Part shown: piece after piece, positions 22,062-33,800 of the stretch | Layout: each line of letters opens with the position of its first letter | How positions within the stretch are numbered: position 1 is the stretch's first letter | NCBI RefSeq assembly: GCF_000143415.4 | Contig: NW_003314310.1 | Location: forward strand, 676,611 to 740,610 | Length of the DNA: 64,000 nt | Source of the DNA: Selaginella moellendorffii | Lineage: Eukaryota > Plantae > Lycopodiophyta | Direction of reading: 5' to 3' | Position numbers and translations under genes: made by a program | Notes under the pieces: model-generated | Seen by the model: the letters and a program-made list of their open reading frames with translations, nothing else | Told to the model about the DNA's origin: nothing | Database searches by the model: none

Positions 22062-23655
22062 ATGGGGCGCAGCCGGAGCCGGAGCTACAGCCCAAGAAGC
22101 CGCAGCCCTGGGCCGCGGCGACGGAGGTATGCCGATGATCCTCCAATGCGGCGCGGCGATCGCGAGTGGCGCCGCTCTCCTCCTTGCAGCTTGCTCGTCC
22201 GAAACATCCCGCGCGAGGCCAGGTGAGGGATTTTTCGAAGGGATTTCGATAGATTGCGAGGGGTTTCGATGGGAATGGATGACGGATGGAATCTTTTTTC
22301 CAGGCCCGAAGAAGTTCGTGTGCCATTCGAGAAGTTTGGGCCTGTCAAGGACGTCTATCTCCCGAAAGATTATTATTCCGGGTACGTGACGAGTTCTTTA
22401 GTTATTTCCTCTTCGTTGTCTCGTAGTTGGAAGTCCCTTTTCTTCTTCTTTCTTTCGCTGGTTTCCTTCATTTTTATTTTTTTTTCAAATCTCAATGTTC
22501 CCTCCCATTCTCCCTCCCTGTATTGCAATGCCGGCGTAATAAGTCTGCGAGTGTGCTACAGGATTGAAGAGAAGTGGCTGATAAGAGAGTTTTGGTAGAA
22601 GTTTTGCATTTGACGTTGGATCCAAGACCCTGAGGCTTAGAAGTTCTCTGAAGTATGCCAAAGTTTCCTATGAGCCTGTGTGCATTGAAGATTGATGATG
22701 GGTGATACCTTTCCTCCTTCCAAGATTGAAGACAGTTGCAATGATCGCCTATATTGTAAGGTATGGTCACAAGACAATCTTGTGCAGGCCTTATGATAGG
22801 TGAGTCTTTGCATAACGTGTGATATTGTTTGCAACCTTTTCAATCTTTTATTTTTTGGTGTGATTAACTCCTTGTGGTGTACTGACGCTTGCTTGTGGAT
22901 AATGTGGGTTACAGGGAACCTCGTGGTTTTGGTTTTGTCCAGTTCATAGAGCCGGGCGATGCAGCTGACGCTAAGTTTAATATGGATCACCAGTTGTTAG
23001 GCGGACGAGAAATTACTGTTGTTTTCGCCGAGGAAAACAGAAAAAAACCGTCTGAGATGCGGATAAAGACAAGGTGCGCCTCGTGAAAGTATAAAGTCTT
23101 AAACTTTTTTTCTTTCAGTCGGAGTGGGAGCTGGAGCTCTGGTCGTTATGGTGGAGGTTATCGCAGAAGCCCGCCTAGATCTCCTCGGCGTTACAGATGT
23201 GAGTGAACATTATGATCCTCATTTTGTAGCTGAGCTTTCTTGTTTGATGTAGCTCGCTCGAGGTCTCGGTCGCCTCGGCCTCGAAGGTATCACTCGTCCA
23301 GGTAAACGTTCAAATCCAGACTTCCTGATATGGATTTGAGATTGTAGTTTGTACCTTAGGGATGCTCACGAACGATACGGAAGGTCCCCGAGCCCTCACC
23401 ACCACCACCACCAGAACAATATCCGTTCTCCCTCGCCCAGGAGAGAAACGCGGTCTCGGCATCGGCCATCACCGGGAATCTCTGACCGTGGTCCAAGTCC
23501 TAGTCCACAAGGCAACGGGCATGGTTCTCGAAGGTCCTTAAGTCGAAGGTACACTGAGCTTTCTTTCTTTAGTTTGCTGAAGCCATATCTTATTTGGCAG
23601 CCCGTCCCCGGTTATGGCTGCAAGACGGTACTCACGCTCTTTTTCAAGGGACTAA
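22062..23655 (+). CDS. SCL: SC35-like (SCL subfamily) SR splicing factor
   Basis: N-terminal RS/SP extension, RRM SLLVRNIPREAR|PEEVRVPFEKFGPVKDVYLPKDYYSG|EPRGFGFVQF...GREITVVFAEENRKKPSEMR, and C-terminal RS-rich exons ending ...RYSRSFSRD* at 23655. Confidence 0.92.
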
Positions 23656-24002
23656 TGCGAGGGCTCAACTACACGGCACCTTTATGTACTATTTGTGGCA
23701 GCACCACACGGGATTTACTTTGGCTTGGTGATTTTTATTGATATTCTTGTCTTAGACTGATTTTGGATGTAATTTCTTCTCAGGAAAGAGTATTTTCCAA
23801 CCTGTCTGCGAGCATTTGAAATGATGGCCTGTGCGCGCATTTATGCACCGGGAACGATGTCACGATTCCATTTATTCTTGACAGGCCTTATCAACAACAC
23901 TGGCAAAGCAGCCTGGGACGTACTTTGTGGAGCTACAACGCGCTAGAGCTAGTGCGCCTGAGCATTTAAACCCGCAGCTAGGCCTCACTGAGGAGAACAA
24001 AA

Positions 24003-25274
24003 ATGTGTCCAAGGTTGGCTACGTTTCTTGCACTGCTTCTTCCCGCTTTTGTTCGTTCTGGTTTTACTGCCGAAGTTCCTGCCTTGTTTGCATTCGGTGA
24101 CTCCTTGGCAGATGTCGGCAACAACAACTACCTTGTCACTCTTGCGAAAGCGAACTTTCCACCTTATGGAAGAGAATTTGACACCGGAAAACCAACTGGG
24201 AGATTCACCAACGGAAGGAATCAAATCGACTTTCTTGGTATGTTTTTGTGACTTTAGATGCTGGACTGATGTTTCCTTGTCTGGATACAGCGGCAAGGTT
24301 GGGATTGCCATTGCTGCCAGCGTTCATGGATCCGTCCACTAAAGGACTTGCGATGCTCAGCGGGGTCAACTTCGCTTCTGCTGGGTCTGGGATCCTCGAT
24401 ATAACGAATATCAATGTTGTAAGTCTTCTATATTCGAGCCTAGAACATTGCTAGATCACGGTAGTTTGTCCAGGGCCAGCTGATTCAGATCACCGAGCAA
24501 GTGCAAAACTTTGCGAAAGTAAAGGAAGAACTGGTTTCCATGGTTGGCTCAGCCAATGCAACCGAGATGCTATCCAGGTCTCTCTTTTGCATTTTCACAG
24601 GGAACAACGACTATACAATGACATACCCGTTAACTGGAGCTGTTTCCAATCTGAGATTTCAGAACACACTCCTTTCCAAGCTGCTGGAGCAAACCAGAGT
24701 GAGTGTTTTTTCTTCTCTTCTGTGATTTCTCTGACACTCGAGCCTCAGGAACTTTACAACTTGGGAGCACGAAAGTTTGTGATCGCTGGGGTTGGAGCGA
24801 TGGGTTGTGTTCCTGCGCAGCTCGCCAGGTATGGCAGGAGCTCGTGCGTCCACTTCCTGAACAATCCCGTGATGAAGTACAACCGTGCTCTTCATCGTGC
24901 GCTCACCGCTCTCAACCACGAGCTGCCAGAGGCTCACATCGTCTACTCGGACCTGTACTACCAGATGATGTCCATCGTCCAAGATCCCGCTCCATTCGGT
25001 GAGTCACAGAGTTCCCAATTTTTTTCCCTAACGAAGAAAAGGTGGAACTTTTCTTACAGGAATAAAAAACGTGAACGATGCTTGCTGCGGTGTGTTTAAG
25101 CAGATACAAAGCTGTGTTCCTGGGGTCCCCGTTTGTAATGACGCCTCCGAATACTACTTCTGGGACGCCTATCATCCGTCGAGCCGAACTTGTGAATTCC
25201 TGGTGGAGATGCTCTACGACAAGGGGCCACCTTACAACTTCCCATTCAGCGTCGAAACACTGGTTCGCATCTAG
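24003..25274 (+). CDS. Secreted GDSL esterase/lipase (5 exons)
   Basis: Signal peptide, VPALFAFGDSLADVGNNN, PTGRFTNGR, GVNFASAGSGIL, GNNDY, LYNLGARKF, GCVP, ACCG and YYFWDAYHPS (catalytic D-x-x-H). Confidence 0.94.
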
Positions 25275-25579
25275 CTGCATTCTTTCATACGTTTGGTCGA
25301 TCAAGAACCGAAAATCGTAAGACTTTTCCCTTTCATTTTGTCTCTCTTTTTGTGTGGCCCACCAGCCACTAAGGCAATTGCTGTGATGGCTTCCTTTTTG
25401 GCTATGTCAATTGGGAGTTTCATTGGACCAGCAGCTTTAGAAGTTGGAGGTTCCTTTTTGACTCGATTATTTCTGGTACGGTCGATATTTATATATTCTC
25501 ATGTTTGTATACTCTATTTGCAGAACCCGATCTACAAAGTTCGCAAAACTCTATTGAAAAAAGAACGATCCGATCGAAG

Positions 25580-26660
25580 CTACTTCTTCTTTGACCCGAA
25601 AACATCATTAAGTGCTGTCTGCGAGCTCAAGGATGCTCTGAGCAGTTCCAGGACCTGGCAAGAGAAAGAAAATGGAGATGAGAATCAGTAAAGCAGGCGG
25701 ACGGAAGGTTATAAAACACAAGCAGAGGAAGAAACGTACCTCTGGAACTCCCACACAGACTTGGCAACTTTGTAAGTCCTTCAGGCTGTCAAGCTTGAGC
25801 TTGCTGAGAAGGATGACCCCGGTGATGGACGAGAGCGGCAAAATCTCGAGGCTGTCGGTGATGATGAAGGTCCTGTTCTTCCTCACGTAGCCAACCTTGT
25901 CCTTTCGCCGCGGTGTACCAGCAGCAACCGGAGTAGTCGGAGTAGCAACTGGCGATGGCGGATACGAGGCCTTGGGCTGGATGAGCTCCAGCTTGTGACT
26001 CATCGCAAACTTGCAAACGGGACAGATCTGGCCGGGAAGATCGATGACAAATCTCAAGCAGCCGTGGTTACAACACTTGTAGTAGACAATGCTTCTCTTT
26101 GGAGTGGTGCCACCACCGCCGCCGCCGCCACCTTCAATTCCAGCAGCAAAGCTCGGCTTGAGAAGATCGATGCTCAACTCGGGGCTTTCTAGCGGCTTTG
26201 GAGAGACGAGCGGCTCCTTGTCGACGTAGAACAGCGACTCGTCCAGATCCAGGAGGCTGCTGTAGATGTTAGCGATGCCACCGCTGGGCTTGGATCCGGC
26301 GCCGTCCCTGAGCAGCTTCATGGCCGTGCCGATTGGGAGCGTGAGGAAGCTAAGCAGCAAGTCGACGAAGTCCTTGCCGGCCTCCATGTAGAGGATGAAG
26401 TTGTCGGCCTTCCGGTAGAGCAAGGTAACTTTGATCTTGCTGCTACTGACGCTGTTGGTGGTAATGCTGGATCCATAGCTGCTGCTGCTGCTGGAGCTGC
26501 AAGTGCTGCTCACTTCGAGCTTGTCGAATTGCTCCTGGAGGGACAATCTCTGCTCGGAGGAGCTGTGCCGGATCACCACTGCTCGATCCTGCTGCTGCTG
26601 CTGCTGCTGCGGCATTTCTTTTTCTCTCCGGCGTTCTTCCGTCCTGTCGGCCTTGCACAT
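25580..26660 (-). CDS. DUF674 family plant protein (2 exons) with N-terminal polyQ/polyS
   Basis: EAGKDFVDLLLSFLTLPIGT, IANIYSS, central YYKC..C....C..C motif, GYV...TFIITDSLEILPLSS, and last exon VLELLRASLSSQTALNDVF..KKK* after the intron at ~25655-25739. Start is at 26660 or 26615. Confidence 0.88.
26590..26610 (-). repeat. (CAG)n microsatellite encoding polyQ
   Basis: About 7 CTG units on the + strand, translated QQQQQQQ. Confidence 0.8.
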
Positions 26661-28639
26661 TGATTAATCGAGGAGAGCGAATGGAAAACTCGCAGCTAGT
26701 AAAAGGCCAGAGGAGACAGGGAACTAAACTTTTCGAAAAGGATCACCACCTAGCGATCCCAGTCCCGCCTAAAATTAAAGCTTTGATTCACAGTGGAGCT
26801 CAAAGCTCGACCTCTTGGCTCTCACCTTTCCTAATTTTCTTGGAAGACTAAAGGCAAAGAGTGTAGTTTTTGTAGCAGCGCAGAGGCTTTTGGAAACGCG
26901 GCATTCAAGGTTTTGACAAGGAATGCTTCCGCTTTGTACTGCGTCCTTCGTCTTCCTTCTGGTGGGCGGGCGAAGTTTCAAACGGGGAGGAAAAGATAGA
27001 AAAGTTTGACCCTCCGAAATTCCTCTCCGTCTGTCACACGTTTTTGGAATGGAGAAACTATTCTCGTTTCTTGGCCCGAGTCACGGCACTTGGCATGCTC
27101 TGTGGTTTTGTTCTTGTTTCCACAGCTGGAACGCATGATCTAGACCAGCTCTTTTTTCTTTCACAGGAATTTTCGCAGCTATAAGCACCGTCCTTTCACT
27201 CTTTGGAGAAAGGTGACGCAAGACTGACTTTGTGGGAGCGTGTAACTGATGATCTCCTTCAGGTGCTAAAGCAGCATCTACCCTTTGAGAGCATATTGTG
27301 AAAAAGCTGTAAAATTAAAATGATAACCATTTCAATTTTGATTTTTAATCTAAATATGTTTTGAAGGAAGTTCCTAAAAATAAATCTCTATCTCCTTTCT
27401 TTTTCATTGACAGAAGTCTGCAATCTGGAGCAGACGTTGATTGCAACGTCCGGCTCTACGTGTCCGGCAAGCTCTTAATGTCGTCCTTCTCTGTCTCGTA
27501 CAAAACACCTCACGGACAAAATCCCTCCGGAACATGACAATCGTTTGTCCGTTTTCGACTCCATTTGCGAATGTAAAGTCCAGGATGCACCTTGAAACAG
27601 CAAGGACCACAGCACTTGCATTAAACTTTGGGGTGAAAAAGAAAGAACAGCCGCAACCTAACTGTTCGGACGAGCACCATCAAACGAAAGAGAAAACTGT
27701 TCCGGGAATTTTTTTATCGCGGAGAACAAGAGACTGAGAGGACTGTCGCTCCCGTTTGTACTTCTCAATGATAACTACGAAGGAGGTGACAGTCTCGGCC
27801 ACGCCACTCGGAGATGATCAAACACTTGCAATACATGCTGAGGAGGACAAAAAAAAAACTCGCTCCATTTCTGGCCACGTCAGGGTTTAGGTTTCGACTT
27901 GAAGGGACACGATAAGCTCTGGAGAAGAGATTGAAAGGTAATAGACTCACATTCGAAGCTTGAGTTCGTTTTCAGTTACGCGCCAAACTCGTACTCGGCA
28001 ATCGCGGCGCGCATTCGCAAGAAGAATGGCTGATCGAGAGGTGCACTCAAGAAGAGGCTTTGCACATCAGACATGACTGAAAACACTCGACGAGGTTGGA
28101 GCTACCGAGAATGGGTTCACTTTCCCATTCTTCGGGCTTCGAGATATGCAGCTTCATCGCCTGGAATGAAACTGTCCCTCAAGAGTTCTACCAGGTGCGA
28201 TCAAATCTTCGTTGCTCCGGGTCGAACAGGCATGTACACAACGATTGCAACATGTCGAAAATGGAGGACAAGCATGCTGTTGTGACTACGGAAGGTCCAA
28301 CCACATCGGATGCTCAAAACGAGCATGGTCTGCCGAACTGGGAATGCCGTGGGTGTAGCTGCTTTGCACGACGATGGTCTTGGCGGCACACAGGCATATG
28401 AGGGTAATTCCAGCGCAGCCTCAGCATCAGACACGACGGTGTTGAGGTGTATCAGTTCAGGCGGGGTAGTCACACTGTTCTCCGGTCGAAGCGCTTTGTT
28501 CTGGAAGACCGATAGCGCTCCAAAGCGAGAGGAAGTCGGGGATTGAAGCCCCTGGCTGCCCGACTACTAACAAGCAGCAATTTGCCCAGCTAATGCTGGA
28601 CAATGTGAGCGAGCACACTTCCTCCATGAATCTTGAATA

Positions 28640-29150
28640 GTGAAATGGTCAACCAACTTAAAAATGTTTGTTTTTGACGATTTTATAGTGAATGTAGAAT
28701 TTAGATTGTCAAAGTGGTATCACACAAAAGATATTAAAGATGTTTATACAACAATTTTCAATTATGAGTTTTGGAAGAATATTTCTTCTTTACTAGTTAT
28801 AATACCTTTTATTTTGATCTTGCCAATTGCAAAGATGTAATAGCAGCATTGATGTATGAAATAATGTATTGTATGATAAAAGGATTGGAGTTTGTAACTC
28901 ATGAGGCTTAATGTGGATAAAATTGAAGTGTTTTAGTTAAAGACTAATGTAGAAGGAAAGTTTGATTATTTATGATGCATAAATGGGTTATTTATCATTT
29001 TATTGCCAATTGAAAGAGAAATTAGAGCAATTTAATAGGAATTTGAAAAGGTATCAATTAAGACTTATTGGCAAAGGAGAAAAGAAATTCCTAGGAGTTT
29101 TACAAGTATAAAATGCTAAAGCTGAAGAAGTTAATGCTTACAATCCCTAA
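28640..29150 (+). mobile_element. Possible highly decayed hAT-like transposase remnant
   Basis: Abrupt AT-rich block. SKWYHTKDIKDVYTTIFNYEFWKNISSLL resembles the '..V...I....FW..V..L' segment of plant hAT transposases, followed by stops and frameshifts. Confidence 0.25.
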
Positions 29151-29845
29151 ACTTGTATCATGAAAGAAGACACCTATCAGCTCGAAGCACTAACTTACGT
29201 GGCATTTCTTTCTTAGACAACTGGAACCCATAGCATTGTGTGCTGCAAATCTGAAGAGCCAGGTGCTGCATACATTTCCCACTGAACATTTTGGATTCTT
29301 GGAAAAAACTTCAGATTTCTGCATGTAAGGCAAATTGCACTAGACAAGTGAGGAGAGCAGGGCCATGCCAACATGCCAATAAGAGAGCAGGATCTTGCAC
29401 TTGACAAGGTGAGGTTTGTGGCTGCTGAATTGCCTGATGCCTCTGCTTCTGGAATCAACAAGCACTATGGCCTTATACTCTGGAGCTCAAGGACTTTTGT
29501 CCAGGAACTAACGATGATGTTTTTTCCCTTTTCTATAGTGGGGTGTGATGTGTGACAAAATTATAACAGTCCAAATATTTTACTTAGTGGGGATCTTAGC
29601 TCTTCTGATGGTGCAACAGCCTAGCATTGGTGGCCAATTACCAACTAGTACTGAATAAGGTACTGGGTCTATGTTTAAAGTCCAATAAAAAACCAAAATA
29701 AAGGAAACAAATTATAAAGTAGCTAACGGAATGCAACTCACTTTCTTTTCAAATTGCTAAAGCGTTCATGCAGCTCAGTTGTTCTTGCAAAACATTTCCT
29801 GCTGCTAACTTTCCTGCTCAGAGATTTTTAGGGCAGACTTTCTTC

Positions 29846-30799
29846 TTAAACTTGCTCCTTGAGCTTCTTCTTTTTCTTGGACGAGCTCTTCCAAGAGCCC
29901 GCCGTCTTCTTCTCCATCGTCACCGGAGGAGAGGTTCTCGGAGGACTCTCAATCTTCTTCTTCACCACCAAAGGATCGAGCTTTCCAACGCCCGATGGCC
30001 TTGTCTTCTTCCCGAAATTCACGTCGATCTTGAGCGGGAAGCTCGGCTTGGACTGATAGATTGGCAGGGCAAGCGAGTCCATCGTCTTCAAGTGGAGCGC
30101 CATGATACTGTCCCATTTCTTGGGCATCAACCCCGCCACCCCGTCGATCACCGCCATCAAGTTCTCCACAATCTCCTCCCTCGTCTGTGAGATCCTGGCC
30201 ACCTTGACAACGCTGCACGATCCAGTCGAGAGGAACAAGAAGGTGGAGCTGCAAACGCTCTCAAACTGGCTCTTCCACTGCCCCTTGGAGAGGTCCACTG
30301 GAATGGGGATCTTCTTCTTCTGGTAGAACGCCTTGCCGAGGGCCTTGGAGAGGAAGGGCTGGATCCTCCTGTCCACCAGGAAGAGATCATACGAGCCACA
30401 GAGCTTGCGCTTGGATTCGTGGCTCGCGAAGTCCTTCTTCATCTTGGAGAAGCCCAGCACCTTGGAAACCCTGAGACCCTCCTCCGCGATCTTCCTCTTG
30501 GCCTCCTTGCGCGGCATCCCGCGGCTTAGGTCGTTGACGATGAGGCAAACCTCCTGGCTCCCGCCCGCCTCTATCAGCGGGTGTGGGATTGGAATCCTGT
30601 GAGGGCGCACCCGGGCGCTCTCGGGGATCTTCCGGAGAGAGATTACCAGATAGAGGAGCTGATCCTCGTCCAGGAGACGAATGCGCTGCTGATCCTTGGC
30701 GCCCGCGACCCATCGCAGCAGCGCGTCCACGGCCTTGCCGATTCGATCGCTGTCCACCCTCAGCTCCACGCCGCTAGGGCCGCCGCCGCGATCCGCCAT
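29846..30799 (-). CDS. RSL1D1: Ribosomal protein L1-domain-containing protein (RSL1D1/Utp30-like), single exon
   Basis: IGKAVDALL, PHRIPIPHPL, VCLIVND, KRKLCGSYDLFLVDRRI...LGKAFYQKKKIPIPVDL, TGSCSVVKVA, EEIVENLMAVI, LHLKTMDSLALPIY and a Lys-rich C-terminus. Telo-box at 30839-30847. Confidence 0.92.
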   Translation of the reverse strand: MADRGGGPSGVELRVDSDRIGKAVDALLRWVAGAKDQQRIRLLDEDQLLYLVISLRKIPESARVRPHRIPIPHPLIEAGGSQEVCLIVNDLSRGMPRKEAKRKIAEEGLRVSKVLGFSKMKKDFASHESKRKLCGSYDLFLVDRRIQPFLSKALGKAFYQKKKIPIPVDLSKGQWKSQFESVCSSTFLFLSTGSCSVVKVARISQTREEIVENLMAVIDGVAGLMPKKWDSIMALHLKTMDSLALPIYQSKPSFPLKIDVNFGKKTRPSGVGKLDPLVVKKKIESPPRTSPPVTMEKKTAGSWKSSSKKKKKLKEQV

Positions 30800-30871
30800 G
30801 GGAAGAACAGTATATCCTTGCAATATGCGCTCTTTGGATTAGGGTTTCGGGGGGTTTAAGCTTTGGGCGCG

Positions 30872-33800
30872 ATGTCTTGCGGCCAGGCGCAGCTCGTCCA
30901 ATCGCATTTCCAGCGCCAGCCGAGGTATTCGCTCGATCTCCTCGCCGCGGATCGTAATCTCGTGCGAAATTTGTGTTGTAGCATCGCTCCGGGGGAGAAG
31001 ACGCGGAGAGCTTTTTGTCCGGCCGCTTTCTCGGGTATGGATTCCTCTCGATCGAGTTTGGAAAAGGTTCCTTCTTTCCTCTTGTGAGAATTTCTAGTTT
31101 GTTTTGCAGCTCAAAGCAAGAGCGCATTCTCGTCCGCAAGCTCTCGCATTTTTGGAGCTTTTCCTCGTGGTGTAGCCTCCAAGCAGCAGCAAGTAAGGAT
31201 TTTTTCTATGAAATCTTTGGTTTGGTCTATGGCTGATGGTTTCGTTTTTTTTCCTCACAGATTGTTCTGGGAAGCGATGAAGCTCTTCCCGAAATGCTTC
31301 ATTACTATCGACGCCCGTTCCTTTCATCAAATGCTACCGCTCAACTTCTCAGAAAGGTGGACATTTCTTTGCGAGTGGGAATCTGTGTTGCATGATCTTG
31401 ATAGCGTCATACAGGTCCAATCTGACGTATCAGGGGAAGTTCTATCCATTGACACGGAACAGGTTATTCTTTTATATATATATGCTACAGTGTCTGGCTA
31501 ATATGGTGTTACTTGAAAGTGTTATAACATATCGCTGAAGGCGCCTCTATCAGAAGCCAAGCTTAAACATCTGAAATGGCTTCTTCAAGAAACTTTTGAA
31601 CCGGAGAACCTTCTCTCGACAAGTTCTCTGTCTGAGAAATCCGACAGTATGTAATTAGCGTACATTGTACTTTCCTTGCAACTAACTTTACGTTCAACAG
31701 GGGCTATACTGCTTGAATTTGGACCTCGACTCTCATTTACTACGGCCTGGTCCGCGAATGCCTTGTCAATCTTCAAGTCCTGTGATTTGCAGGAAATTGA
31801 TCGTATTGAGAGATCTCGCAGATATCTATTGAATCTGAGTCCTGGCACCTCTCCTCTAGATGAGCTACAAATAAATAAGTTCAGTTCCATGGTAAGCTTG
31901 CTTTGTTTTTCTCCTTTTTAATAACTTTTCTCACTCAGGTTCACGACAGGATGACTGAAACCGTATATCCAACACCATTAAGCACATTCAAAATAAATGT
32001 GGTTCCGGAACCAATATATTTTATACCGGTCATGGAGGTGCGTTATTCTCCTTTCCACTGCACTTGTTTATATGTTCTTTCTTCTTCTTTTAAGAAAGGA
32101 AGGCTAGCTCTGGAGGAGATAAATAAATCGATGGGTCTTGCGTTTGACGAAGATGACCTTAAGGTAGTGTCTGCAAATGCTAAAGAGGTTCTGAACAGTA
32201 CTGTGCTGTAGTATTACACAAAATTATTTCAAGTGGATATCAAACGGAATCCCACCAATGTGGAACTCTTTGATATTGCCCAATCGAACAGCGAACACAG
32301 CCGACACTGGTTTTTCAAGGTGTGGAAAGCATGAGTTTTCTCTGGCTTGTAACTTGCAATTATGTCTACAGGGCGAACTGGTCATTGACGGAAGGGCCAT
32401 GCCAAAGTCTCTAATGGAACTTGTCGCCGATACGTTAAAAGCAAATCGGAACAACTCTGTCATTGGGTTCAAAGATAATTCGAGGTACGGTGATGTTTCT
32501 ATCCTGCAAAAACCTGGCTGTAATTGAAACAGTGCCATTCGGGGATTTCGTGCTGAAGTGCTCCTTCCGTCACGTCCTGGAATTCCATGTGTTATCGTAC
32601 CCGTCACAAGGGACTTATGTATCCTTTTCACTGCTGAAACTCACAACTTCCCTTGCGCGGTAAGGTACAGTTCTTTGTGCAGCTCATGGAGATTAATGTT
32701 ACAAACAGGTTGCGCCTTTTCCGGGAGCCGAAACTGGTGCTGGTGGTCGTATTCGCGATACGCATGCAACTGGCATAGGTTCTCTTGTTGTTGCCTCGAC
32801 AGCAGGTTACTGTGTAGGAAATCTGCAGGTTTGCATTAATTTGAGTTTGTAGCATGGAAAACTTAACATCAGCAAACGTTTTTAGCTTGAAGGAACGTTT
32901 GCTCCCTGGGAAGATTCTTCATTTGCTTATCCTCCGAACTTGGCTCCTCCTCTTCAGGTACTTCCTTCAAATGCCTTTGAGCTGACATGACGTGCACCTT
33001 TTCTTCTAGATTCTTATCGATGCGAGTAACGGAGCCTCTGATTACGGTAACAAGTTTGGGGAGCCTCTGATTCAGGTAACAATGCTACCCTTCCTTTAGC
33101 TGTTTAATGATTCCCGCTCGCTCAGGGATACACTCGTACTTTCGGCATGAGACTGCCTAATGGTGAACGGAGGGAGTGGCTCAAGCCGATAATGTTCAGT
33201 GGAGGAATTGGTCAGGTCGGTAAGACTCCATACATAATAAAAATAAACCAACTCTGTTGATGCAGATCGATGAAAAGCATTTGAAGAAAGAAGATCCAGA
33301 TCTTGGCATGCTTGTTGTTAAGGTAGCTTTTATTTGTCTTTCTTTGCTTTTCCTACCTGTAACTTGTAGGTTGGCGGTCCAGCATACCGAATTGGGATGG
33401 GTGGGGGAGCTGCATCTAGCATGGTAAGGAGCTCAGCCTTACACATTACCTTAAACTATTATGTGTTCCAGGTTAGTGGCCAAAATGATGCCGAGCTAGA
33501 TTTCAACGCAGTCCAGCGAGGAGATGCAGAAATGGCACAGAAACTTTACCGCGTAATTCGCACCTGTGTAGAAATGGGCGATGGTAATCCGATCGTTAGC
33601 ATTCACGATCAAGGCGCTGGAGGAAACTGTAACGTTGTTAAAGAGATAATATACCCCAAGGTAAGCTCACTCATTACTTCCCAGGCGTAACTGGATTATC
33701 TGTGAATCTTAGGGAGCAACAATTGACATAAGGTCTATTGTTGTTGGTGACGAAACAATGTCAGTTTTAGAAATCTGGGGTGCCGAGTACCAAGAACAGG

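Noticed and set aside
27400-28560. Short ORFs such as 28096-28401 and 28310-28546
   Set aside because: No identifiable motifs or coherent splice model. Possibly pseudogene debris, but not supportable.
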